DNA from: Patescibacteria group bacterium
Lineage (GTDB): Bacteria; Patescibacteriota; Microgenomatia; 0-14-0-10-38-17
DNA length: 64,000 nt
Assembly (NCBI GenBank): GCA_050953885.1
Contig: JBMNNJ010000001.1
Coordinates: forward strand, 399,437 to 463,436
Reading direction: 5' to 3'
Shown here: positions 28,805-39,126 of the stretch, one piece after another
Position numbering within the stretch: position 1 is the first letter of the stretch
Layout of the letters: every line of letters starts with the position of its first letter
The notes under the pieces: generated by a model
Databases searched by the model: none
Seen by the model: the letters and a program-made list of their open reading frames with translations, nothing else
Told to the model about the DNA's origin: nothing
Position numbers and translations under genes: made by a program

Positions 28805-29072
28805 CTCCTCTTTGTTAAGATATTAAGATACTAAGATACAAAGAAACACACTAAAAAATTTAAAAGTCAGTAATCCGTAATTAAAGAAGTGTAAAGTGCA
28901 AATATCAAAGAGTAAAGCCTAAATCAAAGTTCAAAAATATTTTTAATCTTTAGTTTTTGATTTTGGTTTTGCGCTTTGATTTTTGATATTTGATTTATTT
29001 TTATATTATTCGCTCATTCGTGTTCATTCGTTTCCTATTCGTTTTAATTCGTGTTTCTTAACAATTTGTTCT

Positions 29073-30287
29073 TTATCCCACAATCACTTCCCCAATATTA
29101 TTGGCAGTAAAAATTTTCTCTCCCACTTCCACTACTTCCGCCAATTTTACCTTTTTTATTTTCTTAATTATCTTTTCTGGTTCAACTATTTTTCCTTCTA
29201 AAAGAATTTCTTTTCCATAAAACAAGGCTTGAGCAAGGGAATCCTCCAAAGAAAGCGCCAACTGGCCTTGAAAATAGTTTTTAGCCTTGGCAAGCTCCTC
29301 TTGACTAATACTCTTAATATTTTTTAGCTCTTTTCTTATTTCTTTTACTCCTTTTTCTGCCTTCTGGCGATTTAAACCGGCACTTATTAAAAAAACACCC
29401 GTATCGGCTAATGCCTCCGCTTCTGACTTTACAGAATAAGCCAAACCTGCCTCTTCCCTAATCCGCTGGAAAAGCCGCGACGACATCCCCTGTCCTAAAA
29501 TAATATTTAAAAGCGTTTGCGGAAAACGTTCGCGGGAAAAATAGGAAAAAGCCCGTCCTCCAAGCGATAAATGGGCTTGGTCTGTTTTCCTTCTGATTCT
29601 TTTTTTTGCCACCTTCCCAATAGGCAAAACGGGGAGAAATTCTCTTGGCTCACCTGTCTTCATCTTAGCAAAATAATTTTCTGCCATTTTTTTAACCTCC
29701 TCTTTGGGAAAATTACCCGCCACCACTAAAACTGTTTTATCAGCAGTATAAAAGTTTTGCTGAAAATATAAAAAGTCTTCCCGCCTGATTCTCTCTATCG
29801 TTCGGGGAGAACCAACGCCCGTTTTCCCTAAGGGATGGCGGGGATAAAGCAGCTTCATTATCTCCATTTCTGCCTTATATTGAGGCACGTCTTCGTACAT
29901 ATGAAGCTCTTCCAAGATAATCTTTTTTTCAACGTCAAGACTTTCTTCTGCCAAGAGAGGTTCCACCAAAAGTTGTGAAACAATTTCTAAAGCTGATTGA
30001 AGGTAAACTGCGGCACTTTTAACATAGTAAAAAGTATATTCTTGAGCGGTAGCACCATTATATTCTGCCCCTATCTTGTCAACTGTTAGGGCAAGCTCTT
30101 TTTTGGTGGGGTATTTTTTGGTTCCCCGAAAAACCAAGTGTTCATAAAAATGCGCTAATCCTTCTTTCTCTGGCTTATCATAACGCGAGCCGGTTTTTAC
30201 CATTCCCATCACTGCCACGCTTGGCAATTCGGCAAGAGGGACCAAAATTAAACGTAACTGATTTTTAAGCTGATAGGCTTCTACCAT
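29073..30287 (-). CDS. Peptidase M16 (pitrilysin/insulinase-like) family zinc protease
   Basis: Inverted zinc motif HFYEHLVFRGT (HxxEH) near the N-terminus. 404 aa. Confidence 0.8.
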   Translation of the reverse strand: MVEAYQLKNQLRLILVPLAELPSVAVMGMVKTGSRYDKPEKEGLAHFYEHLVFRGTKKYPTKKELALTVDKIGAEYNGATAQEYTFYYVKSAAVYLQSALEIVSQLLVEPLLAEESLDVEKKIILEELHMYEDVPQYKAEMEIMKLLYPRHPLGKTGVGSPRTIERIRREDFLYFQQNFYTADKTVLVVAGNFPKEEVKKMAENYFAKMKTGEPREFLPVLPIGKVAKKRIRRKTDQAHLSLGGRAFSYFSRERFPQTLLNIILGQGMSSRLFQRIREEAGLAYSVKSEAEALADTGVFLISAGLNRQKAEKGVKEIRKELKNIKSISQEELAKAKNYFQGQLALSLEDSLAQALFYGKEILLEGKIVEPEKIIKKIKKVKLAEVVEVGEKIFTANNIGEVIVG

Positions 30288-30434
30288 GCCGTTTTATTTT
30301 ACCACCCTTTTTTAACAGAAAGAAGATGTTATAATTAAGCACGCAGGATACAACAGGATTAAATACAGGATTTAACAGGATTTTTATCCTGTTTAATCCC
30401 GTGTACTTTACCAACAATTTGACAATTTTTCCCC

Positions 30435-31715
30435 ATGTTCAATCCTTCCGCTTTAAAGATTATCCCCAAGGGAAAAACAGAAATTATTCTTCCTCGTTAC
30501 CAAGATTATTGTTTTGCCAATCTCCCCCTTACGATTCTTAAGCTGTTTGGCTGTCATCACTCCAACCCCACCCTCCCTCAAGACGCTTTTCCCTATCCTC
30601 AAAAATACCAACGCCTTATTCTTATTCTCCTTGATGCTTTTGGCTTCCAAAATTTTAAGAACCAGCAAAGTCAATTTCGCTTCCTTACCAACAAAGCAAT
30701 CGTTTCTCCTCTTACTTCCGTTTTCCCCAGCACCACTGCCGCCGCCCTTTCCACTCTTCATACCGGGGTTTTACCTAAAAAGCACGGTCTTATTGAATGG
30801 CATCTTTATCTACCGGAAGTTGGCCAAATAATCACCACTCTCCCTTTTTCTTTTTCGTCATCTTGCCAAGACGAGCTTTTAAAACAAGGTTTTTCGCCAA
30901 AGCTACTTTTAAACCAAAAAACTATTTTTCAAGCTCTTGCCCAACAAAAGGGCGTCCGTTCTTTTACTTTCGTCAAAAGAGATTATGCCCGTAGCGCCTA
31001 TAGCAAAATTTCTCAAAAAGGCGCCAAAACCATTGCTTATCAAGGCCTAACCGATCTTTTTGTCAATCTTAAAAATGTTTTCCAACATCAGGCAAAAAAA
31101 TCCTCACCCGCTTATTTTTATGCTTATATTGACTCTCTTGATTCTCTTGGCCACCAGTATGGCCCCCAAAGCGAGGCTTATCAAGAAGAAGTAAAAAGAA
31201 TCGCTTGGTCCTTAAAAAACATCTTTTTATCAAACCTCTCCCCTAAAGAAAAAGAAAAAACACTTCTTATCATCACCGCCGATCATGGCCAAATAGATAT
31301 TGACCCGCAAAAAAACTTTTCTCTCAACCACTTCTTAAAACTTAAAAAGAATCTAAAAACCAATCCCATGGGCGAAAAAATTCTTGCCACCGGTGGACCG
31401 AGAGATCTTTTTCTTCATCTTGAAAAAGAAAAAATCCCCGCCACTCTTTTTTACCTTCAAAAAAAACTAGGCAACACCGCTTTTGTTTATTCTTTAAAAA
31501 CTGCCGAAAAAATGGGTTTTTTCGGACCGGGAAAAACTTCCAAAAGATTTCGCCAACGCGCCGGCGACATTCTCATTCTCCCCCGCGGCAAAATCACTTT
31601 CTGGCTGGAAAAAGAAAAAAGAAAAAAGCCACCTAAATTAGGCCATCATGGAGGCTTATCTATCGAAGAAATGCTTATTCCCCTAATCGCCGCCAATCTT
31701 TCACATCTTTCTTAA
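30435..31715 (+). CDS. Alkaline-phosphatase-superfamily enzyme of the type I phosphodiesterase/nucleotide pyrophosphatase (NPP)-like group
   Basis: LILLDAFGFQNF resembles the NPP metal-site DGFR motif. FPSTTAAALSTLHTGVLPKKHG resembles FPSxTxPxHxxxxTGxxPxxHG. Also ITADHGQ and GHHGG. Confidence 0.55.
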   Translation: MFNPSALKIIPKGKTEIILPRYQDYCFANLPLTILKLFGCHHSNPTLPQDAFPYPQKYQRLILILLDAFGFQNFKNQQSQFRFLTNKAIVSPLTSVFPSTTAAALSTLHTGVLPKKHGLIEWHLYLPEVGQIITTLPFSFSSSCQDELLKQGFSPKLLLNQKTIFQALAQQKGVRSFTFVKRDYARSAYSKISQKGAKTIAYQGLTDLFVNLKNVFQHQAKKSSPAYFYAYIDSLDSLGHQYGPQSEAYQEEVKRIAWSLKNIFLSNLSPKEKEKTLLIITADHGQIDIDPQKNFSLNHFLKLKKNLKTNPMGEKILATGGPRDLFLHLEKEKIPATLFYLQKKLGNTAFVYSLKTAEKMGFFGPGKTSKRFRQRAGDILILPRGKITFWLEKEKRKKPPKLGHHGGLSIEEMLIPLIAANLSHLS

Positions 31716-33476
31716 AACCTCAAGACCTAAAATACCCAAACCTTCTTCCAAAATCTTTGCCGTTAAGGCGGTTAGGCCCAAACGAAGACTTTCTTTTTCC
31801 CTCTCTTCTTGTAAAATCTGGTGTTGGTTGTAAAAATGATTATAGTCTTGAGCTAATTGATACAAAAAGTCGGCGACAAGATTGGGAGAAAATTTTTGCG
31901 CCGCCTCGGAAATTACTTCATCCCAATGGCAAGAAAGTCTAACAATTGCTAACTCTTCTTGATTAAGCTGAATTTTCGGTAAATTCTCAAAACTTCTCCT
32001 CCTGCTTTTCTCAAGCACCGAAAAACAGCGCGCCGCTGTATACTGAAGATAAGGGCCAGAGTTTCCTTCTAAGGTAAGCATCTTTTCCCAGTTAAAAATA
32101 ATATCCGTCCGGGGGTTTTGCTTTAAATCATTATATTTAACCGCTCCTATCCCTACTGCCCGGGCCACTTTTTCTTGCTCTTTTGGGGAAAGCTTCTTGG
32201 CCACCCCCGCTTCTGCTGTTAATTTTCGCGCTTTCTTAATTGCTTCTTCCAAAACCGCTTCTAAATGAATTGTTTTGCCGCTCCGGGTGGAAAATTTGCC
32301 TTCTAAACCTAAAATCATCCCGTGCGCCACATGAACTAAGGCTTCCGGCGAGCAATAGCCCAAAAGCGAAGCAACCGAAAAAAGCTGTTGAAAATAGAAA
32401 GCTTGGTCCGCTCCCACCTCATAAATAATTAAATCGGGCCGCCAGCGCTCCTGCCGATATTTAATTGTCGCTAAATCGCGTAAAAGATAGGTGGTTGCCC
32501 CGTCTGATTTAACTAACATTGCCGGTGTTTCCTCGCCGGGCAGGAAAATCACTTTCGCTCCTCGGCTCTGGCAAAGTAATCCCTTTTCTTGGGCATCGGC
32601 AATTACCGCCGCCATTTTATCCTGATAAAAACTTTCCCCTAAAAAAACATCAAAAGAAATACCAAGCATTTTATAAACCCGGCTAAATTCTTTCATTGAT
32701 AAATCGACAATCTTTTGCCAAATTTCTCTTGCCTCCCGATCGCCCTCCTCAAGCCTCTTAAACCATTCTCTTGCCTCCCCTTTTAAACGAGGGTTTTTTT
32801 CTGCCTCCCGATGAAACTCAACATATAGATTTTCTAAATCTTCAATGGTTAGGTCTTCCAGCCCTTTATTATCGTCATTCTGACGAAAATCAGAATCCAG
32901 CTTTGGTTTGCCTTCCCTGCGACATTTTTTAGATAAACCTCGCCGTTTAACCTGATAAAGCAAAACCCCAAATTGCGTTCCCCAATCACCCAAATGATTA
33001 TCGCCAATCACTTTATAACCCAAAAAAGCATAAAGATTATAAAGCGCCTGGCCGATAATGGTGGAGCGCAAATGCCCCACGCCAAAGGGCTTGGCAATAT
33101 TAGGCGAAGAATAGTCAATAATGACCGTTTTCCCCTCCCCTGTTTTAGAAACCAATCTCTCCCTTGAGGAAATTATTTCCTCGCTTGCTTTCAAAAGAAA
33201 GTTTGGCTTTAAATAAAAATTGATAAATCCCGGGGGGGCCACTTTAATTTCCTCAACAAACGATAAAGAAGAAAGTAAAGAAATTTCTTCTTTAATTTTT
33301 TGAGCAACATGAAGTGGCGGTTGATTTAATTTTTTCCCCGCCAAAAGCGCCGCATTAGTAGCATAATCACCAAAAGAGGACAGCTTAGGCGTTTCTAAAG
33401 AAAAATTAACCGCGGGAACACCCAAAGAAGCCAGCGAATCTTTAATTGCTTTAGAGATTTCTTTCTTAAAATTCAT
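31701..33476 (-). CDS. argS: Arginyl-tRNA synthetase
   Basis: 591 aa with class I motifs PNIAKPFGVGHLRSTIIG (HIGH-like) and a KMSK-like GKFSTRSGK. The overall layout is ArgRS-like. Confidence 0.9.
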   Translation of the reverse strand: MNFKKEISKAIKDSLASLGVPAVNFSLETPKLSSFGDYATNAALLAGKKLNQPPLHVAQKIKEEISLLSSLSFVEEIKVAPPGFINFYLKPNFLLKASEEIISSRERLVSKTGEGKTVIIDYSSPNIAKPFGVGHLRSTIIGQALYNLYAFLGYKVIGDNHLGDWGTQFGVLLYQVKRRGLSKKCRREGKPKLDSDFRQNDDNKGLEDLTIEDLENLYVEFHREAEKNPRLKGEAREWFKRLEEGDREAREIWQKIVDLSMKEFSRVYKMLGISFDVFLGESFYQDKMAAVIADAQEKGLLCQSRGAKVIFLPGEETPAMLVKSDGATTYLLRDLATIKYRQERWRPDLIIYEVGADQAFYFQQLFSVASLLGYCSPEALVHVAHGMILGLEGKFSTRSGKTIHLEAVLEEAIKKARKLTAEAGVAKKLSPKEQEKVARAVGIGAVKYNDLKQNPRTDIIFNWEKMLTLEGNSGPYLQYTAARCFSVLEKSRRRSFENLPKIQLNQEELAIVRLSCHWDEVISEAAQKFSPNLVADFLYQLAQDYNHFYNQHQILQEEREKESLRLGLTALTAKILEEGLGILGLEVLRKM

Positions 33477-33499
33477 ATTTTCTCTTTCTTATTCTACCA

Positions 33500-34450
33500 C
33501 TATTCTTCTATCCACCACCGCTGACCGTTACTTACCACCACCACATCGCCATCTTGATCGGTCCGCTTTATCAACAGGCCCTCTTTCTCAAGCTGTTCTC
33601 TTAAAATCTGATGAGGATGACCCCACGGATTTTTCCCCACCGAAATAACCGCCAAAAGGGGTTGGGCTTTTTCCAAAAATTCGTCGGTAAAAGCATATTT
33701 TGAGCCATGGTGGGCCACTTTTAAAACCTCAACCGGAGAAAAAGAAACCGTGGCTAAAATCTCCGGTTGAATCCGGCTGTCAGCATCGCCGGTCAAAAGT
33801 AAGTCAAAATTACCAAAAGAAACCCGCGCCACTAAAGAAAAATCATTCCAAGAAGCCTCTGGCGCTAAAACCTGATCCACTAAAATCTCTTTTGATTGAT
33901 AAAGATCGGCCCCAGAAACCTTATCGGCTGATAGTTTCTTAAAAAACCACTCTTTTTGAGGCCAAAGGAATAAAAAATTTACCCCATTAAAGGAAATTTT
34001 ATCCCCCTGCCAAGGGTTTATCAATGTTATCTTGCCATTGCTAACCAAATCCGATAACCCGTTAAATAATTTATTTTCTTTTGCCAAGGGACTTTTAACA
34101 AAATAATTCACTTGATATCTTTCTATAACCGAGGCGAGGCCGCCAAAATGATCTTTTTCCGGATGGGTTAAAACGACTATCTCCAAACAACGATCCCAAA
34201 AAGGCATGTGCCTACCTAAGCAGGTTAAAACCGCCTCATCTTCCCCACCGTCTACCAAAATCTGGTTATCTCCTCGTGTTAATAAAACCGCGTCTCCTTG
34301 GCCTACATCGCAAAAGACCACCCGTAAATTATCATCCGGCTGTTGCCAAAGAAAAAGGCAAACTACTCCAAGGGCAATTAATAGTAAGGTGGGTAATAAT
34401 TTTCGCGACGCTATCTCCATATTTTTTGTGGCTGGAGCATGATTCGTCAT
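33500..34450 (-). CDS. Metallo-beta-lactamase-fold domain protein corresponding to the ComEC C-terminal domain, encoded as a separate ORF with its own TM anchor
   Basis: VVFCDVGQGDAVLL is the start of the ComEC-type MBL domain. VLTHPEKDHFGG and HHGS are also present. A 131-bp repeat-containing spacer separates it from the ComEC membrane-domain ORF. Confidence 0.7.
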   Translation of the reverse strand: MTNHAPATKNMEIASRKLLPTLLLIALGVVCLFLWQQPDDNLRVVFCDVGQGDAVLLTRGDNQILVDGGEDEAVLTCLGRHMPFWDRCLEIVVLTHPEKDHFGGLASVIERYQVNYFVKSPLAKENKLFNGLSDLVSNGKITLINPWQGDKISFNGVNFLFLWPQKEWFFKKLSADKVSGADLYQSKEILVDQVLAPEASWNDFSLVARVSFGNFDLLLTGDADSRIQPEILATVSFSPVEVLKVAHHGSKYAFTDEFLEKAQPLLAVISVGKNPWGHPHQILREQLEKEGLLIKRTDQDGDVVVVSNGQRWWIEE

Positions 34451-34581
34451 CTTGACAAATTCGCCAGCTGGCGGACAGGATTGTTACTTTGGCAGTAAGA
34501 AAGATCCTGAATCAAGTTCAGGATGACGCTAAATTAAATTTAAAATAACATCATAAATTATATCTCAGCCACTTTTTATAC

Positions 34582-35802
34582 CTATCTTTTTAAAATCATC
34601 GCCATCAAAATAGCACCATAAATTATCAATAACCACCAAGGCAAAGAAAAGGAAAAGAAAGGTAAAACTTGGCTCCAAAAGCTAACGCCCTTAACGAAAA
34701 ATTGAGCAGGCAAAAAAACAAGCCAGGAAAAAGGTGGCGCCAAAAATGGCAAGAAAAAACCAACTATTATCAAAATCGTCCCCAAAAGCATTATCGGCGA
34801 GATAAGCCAAAGGAGGGTAACGTTAGCTAAAAAAGAAAACGGCGAAAACTGGCCAAAAGAAATTAGTAAAAGAGGAACGGTAAAAATCTGGGCCGCCAAG
34901 GTGGTTAACAGGTCATCTTTGAAAGAGCCAAGAGTTGGCAACCAAGAAAAAAAGCTTTCCAAGCGATTTTTCAAAAAAATAATCCCCGCGCTTGAGGCAA
35001 AAGAAAGCTGAAAGCCAAGATCAAAAACAACCTCCGGAGTAAATAAGGCCAGTAAAACTGCCGCCAAAACCAGACCACGCCAACTTTCTTTTTGGCGGCC
35101 AAAGAAAGAGCCGCCCCAAGAAAAGCTGGTCATTATTGCCGCCCGAAGCAAAGGAGGCTCTGCTCCGCAAAGGAAAACATAAAACCAAATCAGCGGCAGG
35201 GTTAAAAGAAGAGCTTTGCGGCGATTAAAAAACTGGTTTAAAAGAGGGAAAGCAAAAGAGGCCACCAAAATCACATTCGCCCCCGAAGCAACCACCACAT
35301 GAAGCGTCCCGGTTCTCACCAAATCCTGATAAAAATCGTCAGGGAGAGCACTTTTAACCCCCAAAAGCACCCCTAACACCAGTGAGGCCGCCGGCTCGGG
35401 TAAAAGCCGCTGGAAGAAAAGAATTATTTTTTGACGAAGGGAAAAAATATTCTCAACCCACCCTTTGGTGGCCGCAGGAGCGAGCAAATTAACTTGAGGG
35501 TAGTTTAGCCAGAGCTCTTTTTGCCCCTTTTTTGTCAGCACTTGCTCAACTTTGCCAACAACTTCCACCCGATCTCCATAATGAAGAAACGGTTCTCTTG
35601 AGGTTTTAACCCTAATTCCTTGAAGGCGAAAACTTTGGCTTTGACCAAAAAGCTGCGGCTCTTCTTTTAAAACATCCTCAATTTTTATTTCTTCTCCTAT
35701 TAAGTTTTCTTTTTTTAAAGAAGCGGCCGTTTTCTGCCAACGACAAAACCAAAGGCTAACCAACGCCAAAAGAAAAAAAAGATAAGAAAAAAACCTCCTC
35801 AC
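34582..35802 (-). CDS. comEC: ComEC/Rec2 competence membrane-channel domain protein (N-terminal part of a split comEC)
   Basis: Polytopic membrane protein with the competence-domain motif GTLHVVVASGANVIL. Lies directly downstream of comEA. Confidence 0.75.
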   Translation of the reverse strand: MRRFFSYLFFLLALVSLWFCRWQKTAASLKKENLIGEEIKIEDVLKEEPQLFGQSQSFRLQGIRVKTSREPFLHYGDRVEVVGKVEQVLTKKGQKELWLNYPQVNLLAPAATKGWVENIFSLRQKIILFFQRLLPEPAASLVLGVLLGVKSALPDDFYQDLVRTGTLHVVVASGANVILVASFAFPLLNQFFNRRKALLLTLPLIWFYVFLCGAEPPLLRAAIMTSFSWGGSFFGRQKESWRGLVLAAVLLALFTPEVVFDLGFQLSFASSAGIIFLKNRLESFFSWLPTLGSFKDDLLTTLAAQIFTVPLLLISFGQFSPFSFLANVTLLWLISPIMLLGTILIIVGFFLPFLAPPFSWLVFLPAQFFVKGVSFWSQVLPFFSFSLPWWLLIIYGAILMAMILKR

Positions 35803-35804
35803 TT

Positions 35805-36443
35805 TTAATTGACACTAATCAAGTCTTTTATTTTTTCAAAAGTTTTCTCCCCTATTCCGGAGACATTTTTAATTTCTTCAATCGAGGAAAAATTGCCCTT
35901 CTCTTCTCGGTATTCCACAATCGCCGAAGCATAAGCAAAACCAATTTCGGGCAAAGTCTCAAGCTCTCCTACCGAAGCGGTATTAATATTAATCTTGCCA
36001 GCCACGGTTTCTCCTCCCCCTACTCCCGCTTTGCCGCCAGAAGAAAGCTGTTCCCCAATATAGGGAATATAAATTTTCTCGCCATCCTGAAGTAGTCGCG
36101 CCCGATTTAATTCCTTTTCTAAAAACGATCTTTGTGCCCAATTGGTAACCCCGCCAGCGGCGATCAATAAGTCGTTAACCCGCGAAGAGGCGGGCAGATA
36201 ATAAACACCCGGCTTGGCTACCGCTCCGCCAATATCTACCACCAGCTCCTCTGCTTTTTGGTCTTTCTCTGCCTTAATCACCGTTAAAGAAGCGCCTTTT
36301 TCTTCCTCAAGCCAACCAAACTGCTGGGCAAAACCAAAAAGAATTAAGGTCACGCCAACGGAGGCCAAAAACCACTCAAAAAGATTTTCTTTTAAAACCT
36401 GAAAAAAATTAACCGATTTTTCGGGGGCAGGAGGATTCTCCAT
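35805..36443 (-). CDS. comEA: Competence protein ComEA (helix-hairpin-helix DNA-binding)
   Basis: N-terminal TM segment and C-terminal tandem HhH (ININTASVGELETLPEIGFAYASAIVEYREEKGNFSSIEEIKNVSGIGEKTFEKI). Confidence 0.8.
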   Translation of the reverse strand: MENPPAPEKSVNFFQVLKENLFEWFLASVGVTLILFGFAQQFGWLEEEKGASLTVIKAEKDQKAEELVVDIGGAVAKPGVYYLPASSRVNDLLIAAGGVTNWAQRSFLEKELNRARLLQDGEKIYIPYIGEQLSSGGKAGVGGGETVAGKININTASVGELETLPEIGFAYASAIVEYREEKGNFSSIEEIKNVSGIGEKTFEKIKDLISVN

Positions 36444-36447
36444 TTTC

Positions 36448-39126
36448 TTAAATCACAAAATTAATTAGCCTTCCCGGCAAGAAAACTACTTTTTTAATCT
36501 TTTGACCTGATAAATATTTCTTAATCTTTTCTTCTCTCTTTACGGCCAAAATAACCGCATCTTTAGCATTCGCTTTATCGCTTTCTATATCAATTTTTCC
36601 CCTTGTCTTCCCGTTAATTTGCACAATAATTGTCGTCATTTTTTCTTCTAACTTCCTCGGGTCATAAGTTGGCCACTCTTGCTGATGAACCGAAAAAGGA
36701 TTCCCAAGAACATTGGTCCAAAGCTCCTCGGCTAAATAAGGAGCAAAGGGGGCAATAAGCTTAACCATTGTCTCCATTTCCTTTTTAGTCAAAACCAGTT
36801 CCTCTTCTTCTATTTTATTTAAAGCCTCCATCAACGCCGCCACCGCGGTATTATATTTAAAATGTTTTATATCCTCGCTTACTTTTTTCGTGAGGCGATG
36901 AAACAATGGTCTTAACTTTTTTCCTTCCTCCTTTGCCACCTTCATGTCCTCCCGAATTTTCTTCTCAAAACGGCGCAAAAACCTCACCGTTCCCTGAAAA
37001 GCGTTCTCGTTCCAAATTGTCGTTCCCTCATACGGCCCCATAAACATCAAATAAAGCCTTAAGGCGTCAACACCATAATTGCCCCAAACTTCGTCCGGGT
37101 TAATCACGTTACCACGCGACTTGCTCATCTTTTGACCATCGGCCCCCAAAACCATCCCGTGAGAAACTCGCCGATAATACGGCTCGGGATAGCGGCGAGG
37201 GAGAAACCCCAAATCATATAAAAACTGATAAATAAAACGTGAATAAAGAAGATGAAGGGTATTATGCTCATCGCCGCCGAAATAAATATCCACCGGCAGC
37301 CAATAGCTAAGAATATCTTTATTATCCATAAAAACATTTTGAGATTTTTGCTTATCGGTAAGTTTATCCGCAAAACAATAAGCAAGGTAGTACCAATCAG
37401 AACCCGCCCAATTAGGCATGGTGTCCGTTTCCCGTCGGGCAGCCTGCCCACAAACCGGGCAGGAAATTTCCCGCCAACCCGGCACACTGGCCAGAGGAGA
37501 TTCCCCGGTACCAGTAGGCTGGTATTTTTCCACCTTTGGCAACTCCACCGGCAAATCTTCTTCTGGCACCGGAAACCACCCCGCTAGTTCCCTTAAGTTA
37601 AAATTTTGAAACTTTTGACTTTTGTCCGCCAGTTGGCGGATTGAATTTTGACTTTTTTTACTGTCCCACCATGTTATCCCCTTCTTCGCGCAACTTGGAC
37701 AATAAATCATCGGAATCGGCTCCCCCCAATAATGCTGACGGGAGAAAATCCAATCCCGAAGATGATAGCTCACTGCTTTCTCGCCAATTTTCTTTTTCTC
37801 CAACCAAGCGATGGTTTCTTTAATTGCCTCTTTGGGACTAAGGCCATTAAGAAAACCAGAGTTGATCATTTTCCCCTTCTCAACTTGTGTATAAGCCCCT
37901 TTATCAAAATCCCAGTTTTCTCTTGGTTCAACCACAGGAATGATGGGTAAACCAAATTTTTTAGCAAATTGCCAATCTCTTTCGTCGTGAGCCGGCACCC
38001 CCATAATTGCCCCACTACCATAACTTTCCAAAACAAAATCAGAAACCCAAACAGGGATTTTCTTCCCCGTGGCCGGATTAACCGCGTAAAGGCCGGTAAA
38101 AACACCTGTTTTTTCCTTGGCCAAATCGGTTCTCTCCAAATCCGATTTTTTTCTTGCTCCCTCAACGTACTCGTCAATCTTTTGCAATTCTGAATTTTTT
38201 CCGCCAGCTGGCGGATTGAGTTTTGAATTTAGGAGCGCAGCGACAAGCGGATGTTCCGGCGCCAGAACAATAAAAGTCGCTCCCCAAAGAGTATCCGGCC
38301 TTGTCGTAAACACCTCAATTTCTTTAATGTCATCCTGAACTACCCCCTTCCCGTCATCCTGAACTTGATTCAGGATCGATCCTGAAATAAATTCAGAATG
38401 ACTAGCTATTGAGAATTTAATCTTTGCCCCTTCCGACTTGCCGATCCAATTAATCTGCGCCGCCTTAACTTTTTCGATAAAATCAACTTTGTTAAGACCT
38501 TCCAGAAGACGCTCGGCATAATCGGTAATTTTGACAATCCATTGCTCTAATTTTCTTTGGCTCACCGTGGCGCCACAACGCTCGCAACGGCCATTAACTA
38601 CCTCCTCATTAGCCAAACCAATTTTACAAGAAGGGCACCAGTTCACCGGCATGGCTTTTTTATAAGCCAAACCATTCTCGAAAAGCTTAATAAAAATCCA
38701 CTGGGTCCAGCGGTAATAAGCCGGGTCGGTAGTATTAATTTCCCGGCTCCAGTCAAAAGAAAAAGCCATTTTCTTCATCTGCCGCCGAAAATTAGCGGTA
38801 TTACGTTCGGTTACTTTTTGGGGATGAATACCGGTTTTAATGGCAAAGTTTTCCGTCGGCAAGCCAAAGGCGTCCCAGCCCATAGGAAATAAGACATTTT
38901 TTCCTTCCATTCGCCGCTGACGGGCGTAAACATCAGCGCCGGTAAAAGTAAAAGCATGACCAATATGAAGCCCCTCGCCCGAAGGATAAGGAAATTCCAC
39001 TAAAATGTACTCTTTTCCCCGTTTTTTATCCAAATCAATTGCCCGATATAAACCCGCTTTTTCCCACCGCTTCTGCCATTTTTCCTCGTCAATGGTTGTC
39101 TTTTCCCCTTTTGACTTCATTGTCAA
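36448..39126 (-). CDS. leuS: Leucyl-tRNA synthetase carrying three in-frame insertions of dispersed repeat elements
   Basis: 892 aa. PYPSGEGLHIGHAF (HIGH) and KMSKSRGN (KMSKS). The peptides NSIRQLADKSQKFQNFNL, NPPAGGKNSELQ and ILNQVQDDGKGVVQDD are translations of family A and family B repeat copies at 37626-37639, 38201-38214 and 38329-38402. Confidence 0.9.
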   Translation of the reverse strand: MTMKSKGEKTTIDEEKWQKRWEKAGLYRAIDLDKKRGKEYILVEFPYPSGEGLHIGHAFTFTGADVYARQRRMEGKNVLFPMGWDAFGLPTENFAIKTGIHPQKVTERNTANFRRQMKKMAFSFDWSREINTTDPAYYRWTQWIFIKLFENGLAYKKAMPVNWCPSCKIGLANEEVVNGRCERCGATVSQRKLEQWIVKITDYAERLLEGLNKVDFIEKVKAAQINWIGKSEGAKIKFSIASHSEFISGSILNQVQDDGKGVVQDDIKEIEVFTTRPDTLWGATFIVLAPEHPLVAALLNSKLNPPAGGKNSELQKIDEYVEGARKKSDLERTDLAKEKTGVFTGLYAVNPATGKKIPVWVSDFVLESYGSGAIMGVPAHDERDWQFAKKFGLPIIPVVEPRENWDFDKGAYTQVEKGKMINSGFLNGLSPKEAIKETIAWLEKKKIGEKAVSYHLRDWIFSRQHYWGEPIPMIYCPSCAKKGITWWDSKKSQNSIRQLADKSQKFQNFNLRELAGWFPVPEEDLPVELPKVEKYQPTGTGESPLASVPGWREISCPVCGQAARRETDTMPNWAGSDWYYLAYCFADKLTDKQKSQNVFMDNKDILSYWLPVDIYFGGDEHNTLHLLYSRFIYQFLYDLGFLPRRYPEPYYRRVSHGMVLGADGQKMSKSRGNVINPDEVWGNYGVDALRLYLMFMGPYEGTTIWNENAFQGTVRFLRRFEKKIREDMKVAKEEGKKLRPLFHRLTKKVSEDIKHFKYNTAVAALMEALNKIEEEELVLTKKEMETMVKLIAPFAPYLAEELWTNVLGNPFSVHQQEWPTYDPRKLEEKMTTIIVQINGKTRGKIDIESDKANAKDAVILAVKREEKIKKYLSGQKIKKVVFLPGRLINFVI
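38201..38214. repeat. Family A dispersed palindrome CCGCCAGCTGGCGG (contains a PvuII site). This copy is in-frame inside leuS.
   Basis: Other copies or variants: 1734-1747, 3920-3933, 15429-15440, 34462-34474, 37626-37639, 39319-39332, 39464-39476, 39533-39546, 43833-43846 and 45076-45087. Usually flanked by aatc / gatt. Confidence 0.85.
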
